DNA of 62,456 nt from an uncultured Candidatus Saccharibacteria bacterium (GCA_964426845.1 CAYRSA010000005.1:52478-114933); one strand, 5' to 3'; shown: positions 27,706-36,600, counted from the first letter of the stretch. Notes: generated by a model from the letters alone, not told the origin. Numbers and translations are program-made.

Positions 27706-28681
27706 GTTGTTCTCCTATTAGTTCATGAGCAGCGGCCGCGATGTGCTTGGGCGTTAGGCCATAGTGTTCTAGTAACTCCTGGGGATCGCCCGATTGACCA
27801 AATTTATCTTGGACACCAATCCTGCGCAGGGGCACTGGGTGGTGCTCGGCCAAGAACTCGGCGACCGCGCCACCCAGGCCACCGTTGATCTGGTGCTCTT
27901 CGACGGTGATAACTCGGCCCGTTTTCTTAACGCTGCGCAGAATCGTGACGGCGTCCAGAGGCTTAATAGTCGGGCAATGTATAACCTCGGCATCGATTCC
28001 ATGCTTAAACATGGATTCGGCCGCCTGCAGAGCCACATAGGTCATGGTGCCGGTTGAAATAATGGTTACGTCCGAGCCCGGCTCAAAAATGTAAGCTCGG
28101 CCAATTTCAAAAGGCGTCTCGGCGGTCGTGACCACCGGCAGACCTTCACGGGCAAGGCGCATATAGTTAGGCCTATCGTCCTTGGCCATAGCCAATGTCA
28201 TTTTCTCGGCCTCGACAGCGTCGCAGGGTGCCAACACCACCATATTGGGCAAGGCCCGCATCAGGGCGATGTCTTCGAGCATCTGGTGGGTAGCTCCGTC
28301 CTTGCCGGTATAGAGGCCGGCGTGAGCGCCAATAATCTTAACTGGCCGGTCGTTAAGACAAATAGTGGTTCGGATTTGCTCCCAATTACGTCCCGGGCTA
28401 AAGGCCGCGTAGCTACTAACGAAAGGAATCTTGCCTTGAGCCGCCAGTCCCGAGCCAACCGTCACTAAGTTCTGTTCAGCCACGCCAATTTCGATGTATC
28501 TGTCCGGAAATTTCTCAGCAAATAGGCTAATCTGCGTCGATTCGGTCAAATCAGCGCACAGAGCCACCACGTTAATGTCAGCTTCGCCGGCCTTGACCAG
28601 ACCTTGACCAAAACCTTTGCGATTAGGCACTAGTTCGACGTCATCGTCGTGTAACTTAGGGTTCAGCTGAGCATCACTCAT
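27698..28681 (-). CDS. Transketolase, C-terminal (pyrimidine-binding) subunit
   Basis: 327 aa with EIGVAEQNLVTVGSGLA. It overlaps the N-terminal subunit gene by 8 nt. Confidence 0.9.
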   Translation of the reverse strand: MSDAQLNPKLHDDDVELVPNRKGFGQGLVKAGEADINVVALCADLTESTQISLFAEKFPDRYIEIGVAEQNLVTVGSGLAAQGKIPFVSSYAAFSPGRNWEQIRTTICLNDRPVKIIGAHAGLYTGKDGATHQMLEDIALMRALPNMVVLAPCDAVEAEKMTLAMAKDDRPNYMRLAREGLPVVTTAETPFEIGRAYIFEPGSDVTIISTGTMTYVALQAAESMFKHGIDAEVIHCPTIKPLDAVTILRSVKKTGRVITVEEHQINGGLGGAVAEFLAEHHPVPLRRIGVQDKFGQSGDPQELLEHYGLTPKHIAAAAHELIGEQHA

Positions 28682-29540
28682 GTTCGCTCCTAATCTTGCC
28701 TCGCAAGGTTCTCAGTTCATGCAAAGCCGTCATTTCTTGCTTGTGATCCGGGGGCTTGCCGTGCCAGTGGTAGTCACCTTCCATAAAGTCCACACCTTTG
28801 CCAGGAATAGTGTGGGCAATAATCATGACTGGCTTGTTAGCCACAGCTCGAGCCATTGCGCAGGCATCAATAACCGCTTCGATGTTATTGCCGTCAATCT
28901 CAATAACGTGCCAGCCGAAGGCCTCCCACTTGGCGCCTAGATCTTCTAGGGGCATGACTGTCTCGGTCGGCCCATCAATCTGAATGTTGTTGCGATCAGT
29001 GATGGCAATAACGTTGCCTAGCTTTTCCTTGCCGGCCAGCATAGCCGCTTCCCAGACATTGCCCTCATCTTGCTCGCCGTCGCCCATGACCACATAAATC
29101 CAACGGTGGTGGTCTTTATTCATGCGCATAGCCAGGGCCATACCGATAGCCTGGCTGAGACCAGAACCCAGGGGTCCGCTGGTTGTTTCTAGCCCGGGTA
29201 GCTTAAGCCTCTCCGGGTGGCCCTGCAACCGAGAACCAAATTGGCGCAGACTCATCAATTCCTTACGTTCAAAATAACCAGCCCGAGCCATGGTAGCGTA
29301 TAACACTGGCGCGCAGTGGCCATTGCTGAGGACCAATAGATCACGCTGATCCCAATTAGGTTTCTCCGGGTCGTGCTTCAATATCTCGAAATATAATGAG
29401 GTGAATATGTCGGCCAACCCCAGTGGCCCAGCCGAGTGACCACTGCCGGCCTCCTCTAGCATTTTAATGATATCCATTCGAATATCATTGGCAATCAGCT
29501 CCAACTCTTCGATCGTATAGTTTTTTTTGTCCACCGCCAT
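28674..29540 (-). CDS. Transketolase, N-terminal (TPP-binding) subunit
   Basis: 288 aa with SGHSAGPLGLADIF and GDGEQDEGNVWEAAMLA. Confidence 0.9.
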   Translation of the reverse strand: MAVDKKNYTIEELELIANDIRMDIIKMLEEAGSGHSAGPLGLADIFTSLYFEILKHDPEKPNWDQRDLLVLSNGHCAPVLYATMARAGYFERKELMSLRQFGSRLQGHPERLKLPGLETTSGPLGSGLSQAIGMALAMRMNKDHHRWIYVVMGDGEQDEGNVWEAAMLAGKEKLGNVIAITDRNNIQIDGPTETVMPLEDLGAKWEAFGWHVIEIDGNNIEAVIDACAMARAVANKPVMIIAHTIPGKGVDFMEGDYHWHGKPPDHKQEMTALHELRTLRGKIRSEHE

Positions 29541-29551
29541 AATAGTTATGG

Positions 29552-30181
29552 TTATTGTAGCAATTTTTGGAGCTCTTGATAAGCGGCCAGTGGGTCTTCG
29601 GCTCGCTGGATATAGCTACCGACATTCAGCACATCCACCCCTCCATCGACAAGCTTGACGATATTATCGGCATTAATACCACCGTCCCAGCCGATGGTCA
29701 GGTCCCGTTTGAGGGCTTTTACTTCTTTGGCCTTGCTTAGCAAATCGAGTTTGGCAGTACCCCCAAAGTGACCTAGGTGCCCACTGAATATCAGAACATG
29801 ATCGAGCCAGCCGGTAGCTGCCCGGATCGACTCGACCGGGGTCTCTGGTAGCAAGGCCATTCCAACCTGGATACCAGCTTGGTGCAGAGCATCGGCGAAG
29901 GCGACAGAGTCGCCCTCGGCTTCGGCATGAATAATGACCATATGGGGGTTTAGCGGAATAATGGCATCTAAGTACTCCGAAGGATTGCGATACATAATAT
30001 GCAAGTCAGCCTGCATGGTGTGTGGCCACCAGGTCTGGTCGAGGCTGGGTGTTTTCACATCAGTGAACTTACCATCGGCAAAATCCAGGTGAATACGGGT
30101 AGCAAATGGCGCCACGCGCTCAATCTGTTCGCGGTATTGATGGGGATTTTCTGCCAAAACGGTCGGACAAATAACAGCCAT
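29552..30181 (-). CDS. rpe: Ribulose-phosphate 3-epimerase-like TIM-barrel protein
   Basis: 209 aa with CPTVLA, IHLDFADGKF, MVIIHAEA and GWDGGINADN. The sequence is divergent, so confidence is moderate. Confidence 0.7.
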   Translation of the reverse strand: MAVICPTVLAENPHQYREQIERVAPFATRIHLDFADGKFTDVKTPSLDQTWWPHTMQADLHIMYRNPSEYLDAIIPLNPHMVIIHAEAEGDSVAFADALHQAGIQVGMALLPETPVESIRAATGWLDHVLIFSGHLGHFGGTAKLDLLSKAKEVKALKRDLTIGWDGGINADNIVKLVDGGVDVLNVGSYIQRAEDPLAAYQELQKLLQ

Positions 30182-30190
30182 GCCCTTATT

Positions 30191-30634
30191 CTACACGAGT
30201 TGGTCGAGTTGAGCGTTGCGCCGTTTGTAACGGGCCGCTCCAGAAAACGGCGTCTTGAGGAAGGTGTCGACAATCTCTCGAGCGTCTCTATAATCTAGTT
30301 GCCGGGCCGGCAAGCATAGTATGTTGCTGTCATCATCATCGCGGGCTTCGTAGGCAGCATCCTCGTTCCAGGCCAAACTCGCCCTGATACCCTTAAAACG
30401 GTTAGCCGCCATACAGACGCCCTGGCCACTGCCACAGAACAAAATCCCAAAAGTATCTCGATGAGCCAAGACCTCCGAAGCTACCCGAGCCGCATAGGTC
30501 GGAAAATCGTCATCTTTATCCAGCTTAGCGTCACCCTTATCGACTACCTCGTGGCCAGCCTCCAACAGATAGGCGTGAATCTGCTCCTTCAAATCGAAAC
30601 CATTGTGATCAGCACCCAGGAAAATCTTCACCAC
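30191..30634 (-). CDS. rpiB: Ribose-5-phosphate isomerase B
   Basis: 147 aa with KIFLGADHNGFDLKE and FCGSGQGVCMAANRFKGIRA. Its GTG start shares 1 nt with the gap stop codon (TAGTG). Confidence 0.9.
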   Translation of the reverse strand: MVKIFLGADHNGFDLKEQIHAYLLEAGHEVVDKGDAKLDKDDDFPTYAARVASEVLAHRDTFGILFCGSGQGVCMAANRFKGIRASLAWNEDAAYEARDDDDSNILCLPARQLDYRDAREIVDTFLKTPFSGAARYKRRNAQLDQLV

Positions 30635-31647
30635 TAATCCTTTAGGGCTTTGCCGACGTCAGCCACCATCTCTACCAGACGACAGCTATAACCCCACTCG
30701 TTGTCGTACCAGACTACCACCTTGACGAGATTGCCATCAACAACATTAGTCAGCAGAAGGTCGATGATTCCGGAATGCGAATTACCGATGTAGTCACTAC
30801 TGACCAGCTCTTCTTCAGACACGTCCAGAATACCTTGGTAATACGGTTCCTTAACGGCTTTTTTAAGCGCCTCGTTCAATTCCTCGACATCAGTGTCGCG
30901 TTTCAACAACAGCGTAATATCGCTGAGCGATACAACTGGGGTCGGCACCCGAATACTCATGCCGTCAAACTTGCCCTTCAGTTGAGGCACAGTCAGGGTC
31001 ACGGCAATCGCTGCGCCGGTAGTAGTCGGCACGATGTTCTCGGCGGCATTGCGACCCTCGCGCAAATCTTTGTTGGGCGAGTCCTGCAGAGCTTGACTAG
31101 CCGTATAACTATGAACAGTAGTTAGCATAGCCTTCTCGACGCCAAATTCGCCGTCAAGGATGGACATGACAGCCGCCAGCGAGTTAGTTGTACAGCTGGC
31201 GTTACTGACAATGTCGGTGGATTTCAGCAACTTGTCGTCATTGGCTCCAAAAACCACGGTGTCGACGTCTTCGCTCTTGGTTGGACCAGACAGCACAACT
31301 TTCTTAGCACCAGCCTGTAGGTGCATCTGAGCATCTTCGCTCTTAGTAAACCGGCCGGTTGATTCAATAACGACATCGACTTTAAGCTTAGCCCACGGCA
31401 AGTCTTTGGGTTCTTTCTCGGCATAAACTGGGATGTTATGGCCGTCAATAATTAGATGATCGGCGTCAAACTTGACCTTGTGGTCGTATAGACCGTAGTT
31501 AGTGTCATGTTGTAATAAATACGCCAAAGTCTTAGTATCAGTCAGGTCATTGATTGCTACTATTTCCAAATCGGCCCGATCAAAGGCTATCTTAAAAGCG
31601 TTTCGTCCAATTCGCCCAAATCCGTTTATTGCCACCCGTGTTTTCAT
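30634..31647 (-). CDS. gap: Glyceraldehyde-3-phosphate dehydrogenase
   Basis: 337 aa with INGFGRIGRNAF and the catalytic motif SNASCTTNSLA. It has an AAGGA SD and a TATAAT box about 25 nt upstream. Confidence 0.95.
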   Translation of the reverse strand: MKTRVAINGFGRIGRNAFKIAFDRADLEIVAINDLTDTKTLAYLLQHDTNYGLYDHKVKFDADHLIIDGHNIPVYAEKEPKDLPWAKLKVDVVIESTGRFTKSEDAQMHLQAGAKKVVLSGPTKSEDVDTVVFGANDDKLLKSTDIVSNASCTTNSLAAVMSILDGEFGVEKAMLTTVHSYTASQALQDSPNKDLREGRNAAENIVPTTTGAAIAVTLTVPQLKGKFDGMSIRVPTPVVSLSDITLLLKRDTDVEELNEALKKAVKEPYYQGILDVSEEELVSSDYIGNSHSGIIDLLLTNVVDGNLVKVVVWYDNEWGYSCRLVEMVADVGKALKD

Positions 31648-31703
31648 ATTTGTCCTTTACTTTAGCTCCATTATAAACTGCTAACGCTTGTCAGCACAAT
31701 ACA

Positions 31704-31733
31704 TTGACCAAACTTGATTAAGTATGTTATAAT
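31704..31733 (+). promoter_or_regulatory. Near-consensus promoter: TTGACC, 18 nt, then TGtTATAAT, ending 7 nt before ATG 31741
   Basis: ttgacc lies at 31704-31709 and tgttataat at 31725-31733, followed by aggctaa and then ATG. There is no SD. Confidence 0.65.
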
Positions 31734-31740
31734 AGGCTAA

Positions 31741-32418
31741 ATGTCTCTGGATTCCCTTGAAACCAATTTTGAAGCCCTGCGTGGCACTATGCTGACTGAT
31801 GCCGGTTTGGACGGCTTGCAGGAGTTTGAGCAAACACTGCCCACCCATATGGTTATTGAGGAGGCCTTTACAGCTGACTGTGCCGACAAAATTCGGTGCG
31901 TCAATAATCTAGCTACAGACCGCAGATCTGTTGAATCGCGGCAAGTAGAGAATCTAGTCAGATGTCTTGGGCAGGTCACTAAGAAAGGCATCGAAGGGCC
32001 GCGCTGGACTCAAGCTTTTTGGCAAGATCGAAGCCTAAGCATAGAGCCGCACGTCGATTTCGAACAAGGAAATACTGTTTTGGGCTTTTTTTGGGTTCTC
32101 GGAACGCCAACTTTTGACATATACACAAACGTCGCCTCCGAGCCTCAACCATGGGCAGGTATGCACCCAACGATAACCCACAAAGTATCAATTAGCCGAG
32201 TTAAGCCTCTGTCTATACCGATGCTCTCCAGGCAAATGGTCATACTTAACGGAGCAGCGCTTGCAGGTGAGCAAAACATAAACGGACATGTCTCTACTGG
32301 TCGTGCCAGCCTACCCCACGCTGCCAATGTGGTAGCACCTCATGACCGTCGCTCTAGACTCATGGTTTTCGGTGGCAATCTTAAGGGCAGCAAAAAGATG
32401 CTTCCCGGCTCGGACTAG
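31741..32418 (+). CDS. Hypothetical protein with 2OG-Fe(II)-oxygenase-like motif spacing
   Basis: 225 aa. The motifs are H104-V-D106 (EPHVDFEQG), H193 (SLPHAAN) and R203-R-S205 ten residues later. It is the only plus-strand gene inside a ~20-kb minus-strand block, and its 3' end overlaps the Nudix gene by 4 nt. Confidence 0.55.
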   Translation: MSLDSLETNFEALRGTMLTDAGLDGLQEFEQTLPTHMVIEEAFTADCADKIRCVNNLATDRRSVESRQVENLVRCLGQVTKKGIEGPRWTQAFWQDRSLSIEPHVDFEQGNTVLGFFWVLGTPTFDIYTNVASEPQPWAGMHPTITHKVSISRVKPLSIPMLSRQMVILNGAALAGEQNINGHVSTGRASLPHAANVVAPHDRRSRLMVFGGNLKGSKKMLPGSD

Positions 32419-32993
32419 GCCTCTTGTTGAGTCAACCAACGCAGCAACACCGCTACCGACCGATCTTCACTCATGTTCTTTAAAGCGTAGTCGCGGGCCG
32501 TATCAAATCCTACCCACTCCACGCTAATATCTTCGCCATCTTCGAGTTCCTGGTCTGATTCTTCCCAGTCGTCAATAACAAAATACAACAAATCCCATAC
32601 TACTGTCGCACCGTTGATTGAGGTATAGAAGTGTTTAGGCTCTTTGGCAATAATGCCGGCTTCTTCTTTCGCTTCAATTTTAGCTCTAGCAGTAGCTGGA
32701 TTAATCATATCTTTGCCGGAGGCCAAGAACTGATTGTACTCGTCGAGTGAGTCGAAAACCTTACCACCGGGTAGCCGGTAGTCATAATCGTCTATCTCGT
32801 GGCGGTACTCTTTTGTCAGTAGTAGCTGCTGCTTGTCGCGGTCAATAATAATCAAGCGGGTGCCCGGCGAGCGACGGGCGAACTCAAATTGTACCGATTT
32901 ATCGCCAATTTTCATCGGTTGTTTGACGACCTCAACAATTTTGCCTTGGTAGGCTATCTGCTCGTCACCATCCTTGACCGGAATGGCCGCCAT
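32415..32993 (-). CDS. Nudix hydrolase
   Basis: 192 aa. RLPGGKV ... ARAKIEAKEEAGI is a Nudix box interrupted by an insertion. Confidence 0.7.
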   Translation of the reverse strand: MAAIPVKDGDEQIAYQGKIVEVVKQPMKIGDKSVQFEFARRSPGTRLIIIDRDKQQLLLTKEYRHEIDDYDYRLPGGKVFDSLDEYNQFLASGKDMINPATARAKIEAKEEAGIIAKEPKHFYTSINGATVVWDLLYFVIDDWEESDQELEDGEDISVEWVGFDTARDYALKNMSEDRSVAVLLRWLTQQEA

Positions 32994-32999
32994 GACTTC

Positions 33000-33533
33000 T
33001 TAAGCCTCTTTTTTCCAACGCTCAATTGATTCTTTAATGACAGCTTTAGCATCATCAACATTCCCCCAGCCCAACACTTTAGTAGTGCCTGGCTTCTTGA
33101 GATCTTTGTAGTGAGCGAAGTGGTGTTCGATTTGGCTCTTGTAGCCGCTAGTCAAATCATCTAAAGATTTAATTGAATCCCCTGTGTGGCGGTCGTCAGC
33201 TGGCACAACCACAACTTTGTGGTCCATATCGCCGTCGTCCTCAAAGTTCAAGACGCCTATGACTACTGATTCCATGGCCACCCCGGTTGGGATTGGCTCG
33301 TTACAGATAATCAAAACATCCAACTCGTCTCCGTCCTCATCAAGGGTCTGAGGAATAAAGCCGTAGCCGGTTGGTTTAACAAAGATATATGGCTCGACGC
33401 GGTCAACTTGAAAGATGGCCTTGTCCCGGCGCCATTCGATCTTCAGCTGAGAGCCCTGTGGAATCTCACTAACTACGTTAATCACGCCCTTGTCGACGTC
33501 GCCTGCATCTAAAACTTTGTTAAAATCAGCCAT
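33000..33533 (-). CDS. ppa: Inorganic pyrophosphatase (family I)
   Basis: 177 aa with GYGFIPQTLDEDGDELDVLI. It has an AAGGAG SD and a TGcTACAAT box upstream. Confidence 0.93.
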   Translation of the reverse strand: MADFNKVLDAGDVDKGVINVVSEIPQGSQLKIEWRRDKAIFQVDRVEPYIFVKPTGYGFIPQTLDEDGDELDVLIICNEPIPTGVAMESVVIGVLNFEDDGDMDHKVVVVPADDRHTGDSIKSLDDLTSGYKSQIEHHFAHYKDLKKPGTTKVLGWGNVDDAKAVIKESIERWKKEA

Positions 33534-33588
33534 ATTTCTCCTTTATTTAGTCTTATTGTAGCAAACTTTTGTCAATCAACGCTGAGGG

Positions 33589-34587
33589 TCAAGCAGCTTC
33601 TTCTAATCGATGTAGGGCAACAAGGGAGTCAAGGCCCATACGAGCAAAAGTAATCTTTCCGCCTAAAGTCTCGACTTGTTTTAGCAAGACTGCCTGTACA
33701 TCAAGTGAGCTGGCCGATCTACCAAACAGATTAAATAATTGAGTTTGTATATCCATTAGTTTTTTTGTCATAAGAAATTCGGGCTCTCGTTTATGACGAT
33801 CTAGTCCGTCGTAACCGAGGTAAACCATGCCCGGCACTACTAACTGTCCTGCCGCTGTAAATGCTTTCATTTCACCGGCAATCGCTTGCTCTACAAGCTC
33901 TTCAATCATACCTTCAACACCCTCGAGAGACCCTAGATTTTCAATAGCTGCTACCGAGAATTTTTCGTAGAGCATTTTGATAGCTTCAGTTTGAGCAATT
34001 ACATCTTTAGTTAGACCAATCTGCTCTTGAGTAGTTGTGGCCATGTCTGGATCAGTGAAAGCCCTATCAGTCGGTTCAGCTGTGCCCATGGTTCCCATGG
34101 TTCTGAATCCCACTGCTAGAGACTGGTGTAATTTCAAGGAGTTTAAGTAGTAGTACATGCTGGCATAGGTATTACTACCATTACTTAAACCTAGTCCATC
34201 AACCTGATCTCTGATAAGCGGCATTAGCTGCGTGTGGTCAGTGAACCACTCTACATCATCCCCTCCAACAAGAGACTCAGGTATCTGAAATGTTTTTCTG
34301 TCTTCGCTCCAGAAATTAGTCCCGCCGAAACCAAAACTTTGAAGTTCGGCCTCATCATCTGTTATTTCAAATGTTAAACTCAGTCTTTTAGCACGCTTAA
34401 AGCCCTCAACCGAGTGAGTAGGTGAACTGTCGTTGTCCGTAATTATATACTCGGCTCCTCTGCCCCCTACGTAAGCATAGGCAGCGTTTAGAGTAAGTAG
34501 CGTGTCATCTGTGGCCAGCTGATGCCAGCCGACTAAACTATCGGCTTGGTCGGCACTAAATGCTTGATTTAACAATTCTTTTGACAT
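33589..34587 (-). CDS. Hypothetical 332-aa soluble protein, no family recognised
   Basis: ATG 34587 lies 7 nt after TGaTAAAAT (34595-34603). The ORF-track TTG at 34623 would place that promoter inside the ORF. I find no TM segment, signal peptide or known motif. Confidence 0.6.
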   Translation of the reverse strand: MSKELLNQAFSADQADSLVGWHQLATDDTLLTLNAAYAYVGGRGAEYIITDNDSSPTHSVEGFKRAKRLSLTFEITDDEAELQSFGFGGTNFWSEDRKTFQIPESLVGGDDVEWFTDHTQLMPLIRDQVDGLGLSNGSNTYASMYYYLNSLKLHQSLAVGFRTMGTMGTAEPTDRAFTDPDMATTTQEQIGLTKDVIAQTEAIKMLYEKFSVAAIENLGSLEGVEGMIEELVEQAIAGEMKAFTAAGQLVVPGMVYLGYDGLDRHKREPEFLMTKKLMDIQTQLFNLFGRSASSLDVQAVLLKQVETLGGKITFARMGLDSLVALHRLEEAA

Positions 34588-34634
34588 TTCCGTGATTTTA
34601 TCAAATAAGTGATAAATCGACAAGCAGTAGCGGC

Positions 34635-35561
34635 TTATTTCTGTTCTAGAAACTCGCGGATACGTAGAGCTGCCGTAGCGCCCTCGCCGACGGCGCTGGC
34701 TATCTGCATTGTTGCCCCAGAGCGGACATCACCTGAGGCAAACACGCCAGGCATGCTGGTCTTTAGGCCTTGCTCGGCAATAACGAATCCTATTTCATCT
34801 AAACGGACTTCAGATTCTTTTAAGAACTGGGTGTTAGGCTTGAGGCCGACGAAAATAAAAACACCGTCAGTTGGGAAGTCGGTCTTAACACCGTCCTTGG
34901 TGGCCTCAACTTTGGTAACAATTTTGTCGGCGCCGACAATAGCATCAGTCGAGGTATTCAAGTGGATTGTGATTTTGGGATTCTTCTCTAGTTCGTGTAC
35001 TAAAACGTCTGAGGCTTTAATATCGCTACGCACCAGTAAATCAATGTGCGAAGCAAATTTAGTCAAAAACAGGGCCTCCTGCACAGCCGAGTTGCCACCG
35101 CCGACTACCACCAGTCGTTTGTCGCGGTAAAAGGCGCCGTCACAGGTCGCACAGTAATGCACGCCGCGGGCGTAGAATTCTTCCTCGCCAGGTACGCCAA
35201 TTTTCTTGTAATCGGTGCCGGTGGCAATCAGGACAGCTTTGGCCTTAACGGTGCCATCGGTAGTCTCTAAGACTCGGTGGTCGCCAGCATCTTTAATCGA
35301 TAAGACTTCGCCCAGGCGAATGTCGGCGCCAAAGCGCTCGGCTTGCTTACGCAATTCCTCGGCCAAGTCTAGTCCAGAAATACCCTTAGCAAAGCCCGGG
35401 TAGTTGTCTACCCAGTCTGTAACCGCTGCCAACCCACCGGGTACGCCTTTTTCGAACAGAATAGTTGGAATATCCTCTCGGGTGGTGTAAATGGCCGCCG
35501 CTAGGGCGCTGGGGCCCGCTCCAATAATTACTAGTTCATTAACTTTGCCGTCTTCAGCCAT
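34635..35561 (-). CDS. trxB: Thioredoxin-disulfide reductase
   Basis: 308 aa with GAGPSALAAAIY, the redox motif CATCDG and GGGNSAVQEALFL. TAGAAT lies 6 nt upstream of the ATG. Confidence 0.93.
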   Translation of the reverse strand: MAEDGKVNELVIIGAGPSALAAAIYTTREDIPTILFEKGVPGGLAAVTDWVDNYPGFAKGISGLDLAEELRKQAERFGADIRLGEVLSIKDAGDHRVLETTDGTVKAKAVLIATGTDYKKIGVPGEEEFYARGVHYCATCDGAFYRDKRLVVVGGGNSAVQEALFLTKFASHIDLLVRSDIKASDVLVHELEKNPKITIHLNTSTDAIVGADKIVTKVEATKDGVKTDFPTDGVFIFVGLKPNTQFLKESEVRLDEIGFVIAEQGLKTSMPGVFASGDVRSGATMQIASAVGEGATAALRIREFLEQK

Positions 35562-35575
35562 AGATTAATTCTACA

Positions 35576-35824
35576 TTAACCTAATGCTGGGGCCAATTGT
35601 GCCAAATTATAGCCGACAACGACTTGCTTGGAATCGTCTTGTTTGGTGACAACAGTTACGGGGACTGTTAGGGCGCCGCTCATTTCTAAGGCTTCTTGTT
35701 GCCGAGCTGGCTCATCGTCCAGATTTACGACGTGATACTTGTGTCCTTTAGCGTCCAAAAACTTTTTAACCATTACGCAATAAGCGCAGGTATTGGTTGT
35801 ATAAATTGTGATGTCTTTTGGCAT
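35576..35824 (-). CDS. Glutaredoxin/NrdH-like redoxin
   Basis: 82 aa with ITIYTTNTCAYCVMVKKFLD, which contains a CxxC motif. A GAGGGG SD lies 5 nt upstream. Confidence 0.8.
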   Translation of the reverse strand: MPKDITIYTTNTCAYCVMVKKFLDAKGHKYHVVNLDDEPARQQEALEMSGALTVPVTVVTKQDDSKQVVVGYNLAQLAPALG

Positions 35825-35847
35825 ATGTTCCCCTCGTATGCGATTTT

Positions 35848-35881
35848 GGAGGCCTGAGAACCGAGCCTTGGTCTCTCCTCC
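35848..35881 (-). other. Imperfect ~11-bp hairpin in the predicted 5' leader of grx-trxB
   Basis: ggagg (35848-35852) pairs with cctcc (35877-35881). An inner stem gaga(a)cc pairs with ggtctc around a 7-nt loop. Confidence 0.4.
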
Positions 35882-35953
35882 AGGCGGGCTACTAGCGTTC
35901 CAAAATTGTTATTTTTTATGTTATGTGCGTGCTTTTTGTTAAGCGTCTCCCCT

Positions 35954-35982
35954 AGTATATCTAGTGCTTACGCTTCCGTCAA
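35954..35982 (-). promoter_or_regulatory. Sigma70-like promoter: TTGACG, 17 nt, then TATACT, about 130 nt upstream of grx
   Basis: On the minus strand, ttgacg lies at 35982-35977, gaagcgtaagcactaga is the 17-nt spacer, and tatact lies at 35959-35954. Confidence 0.55.
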
Positions 35983-36036
35983 TACCCCCATATGTTGTGT
36001 TTTTGTACCTTTTTGGCCCACATATAGCGTGCTTGA

Positions 36037-36561
36037 CTATTGCTTGATACTAATAAGTTCGATGTCGAAAACCAAGTCTGAGTTTGGCGGAATATCTGGT
36101 GATGGCGACTGGGCCCCATAGGCTAATTCTGCGGGAATAATGAGCCGCCGTTTGCCGCCCTCCTTCATGCCAGGCACGCCTTGAGTCCAGCCCGGGATAA
36201 CTTGGTCCAGCCCGAAGGTCACGGGTTGGCCGCTGTCGTAGGAACTCTCGAAGATCTTTCCGGTTGAGGCGATAGCCCCGGTGTAATTAGCCGTAATGGT
36301 GGCTCCCGCCTGGACCTCGGCCCCAGTGCCAACGGCCAAATCAATCTTCTGCAATTCGGTGACATCAGGTATTGGTGTAAAACCTTGTAGTTGGGTGCCC
36401 TTGAGGCCACCTTCTTGTTGTTGTTCTAGTGGTTGAGCATCATTCACGGCCTTGTTCTCCTGACTCATTTGCCAGATTACCATCCCAGTAAAGCCGACGC
36501 TAGTTAATAAAAATAGTATTGCTGCGCTTAGCGCGATTACTCGCTGACTCTTTTTTGCCAT
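36037..36561 (-). CDS. Membrane-anchored FKBP-type peptidyl-prolyl isomerase
   Basis: 174 aa with an N-terminal TM, then YTGAIASTGKIFESSYD and GLDQVIPGWTQGVPGMKEGGKRRLIIPAELAYG. TATACT lies 7 nt upstream of the ATG. Confidence 0.88.
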   Translation of the reverse strand: MAKKSQRVIALSAAILFLLTSVGFTGMVIWQMSQENKAVNDAQPLEQQQEGGLKGTQLQGFTPIPDVTELQKIDLAVGTGAEVQAGATITANYTGAIASTGKIFESSYDSGQPVTFGLDQVIPGWTQGVPGMKEGGKRRLIIPAELAYGAQSPSPDIPPNSDLVFDIELISIKQ

Positions 36562-36600
36562 GAACTCTAGTATAGCTCAACCGCCGAGCGTGGCAAAATC

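Noticed and set aside
27698-29540. Transketolase split into two ORFs, as a possible frameshifted pseudogene
   Set aside because: The split falls at the natural domain boundary. Each half has its own start and an 8-nt overlap typical of coupled genes. Split transketolases are well known in archaea and several bacterial lineages.
33601-34320. Apparent low G+C (hand count about 44% over 720 nt) in the orphan gene 33589-34587, as possible evidence of horizontal acquisition
   Set aside because: Hand counts on the adjacent ppa gene gave similar values (35-50% per 60-nt line). The composition is therefore not distinctive, and there are no flanking repeats, integrase or tRNA.
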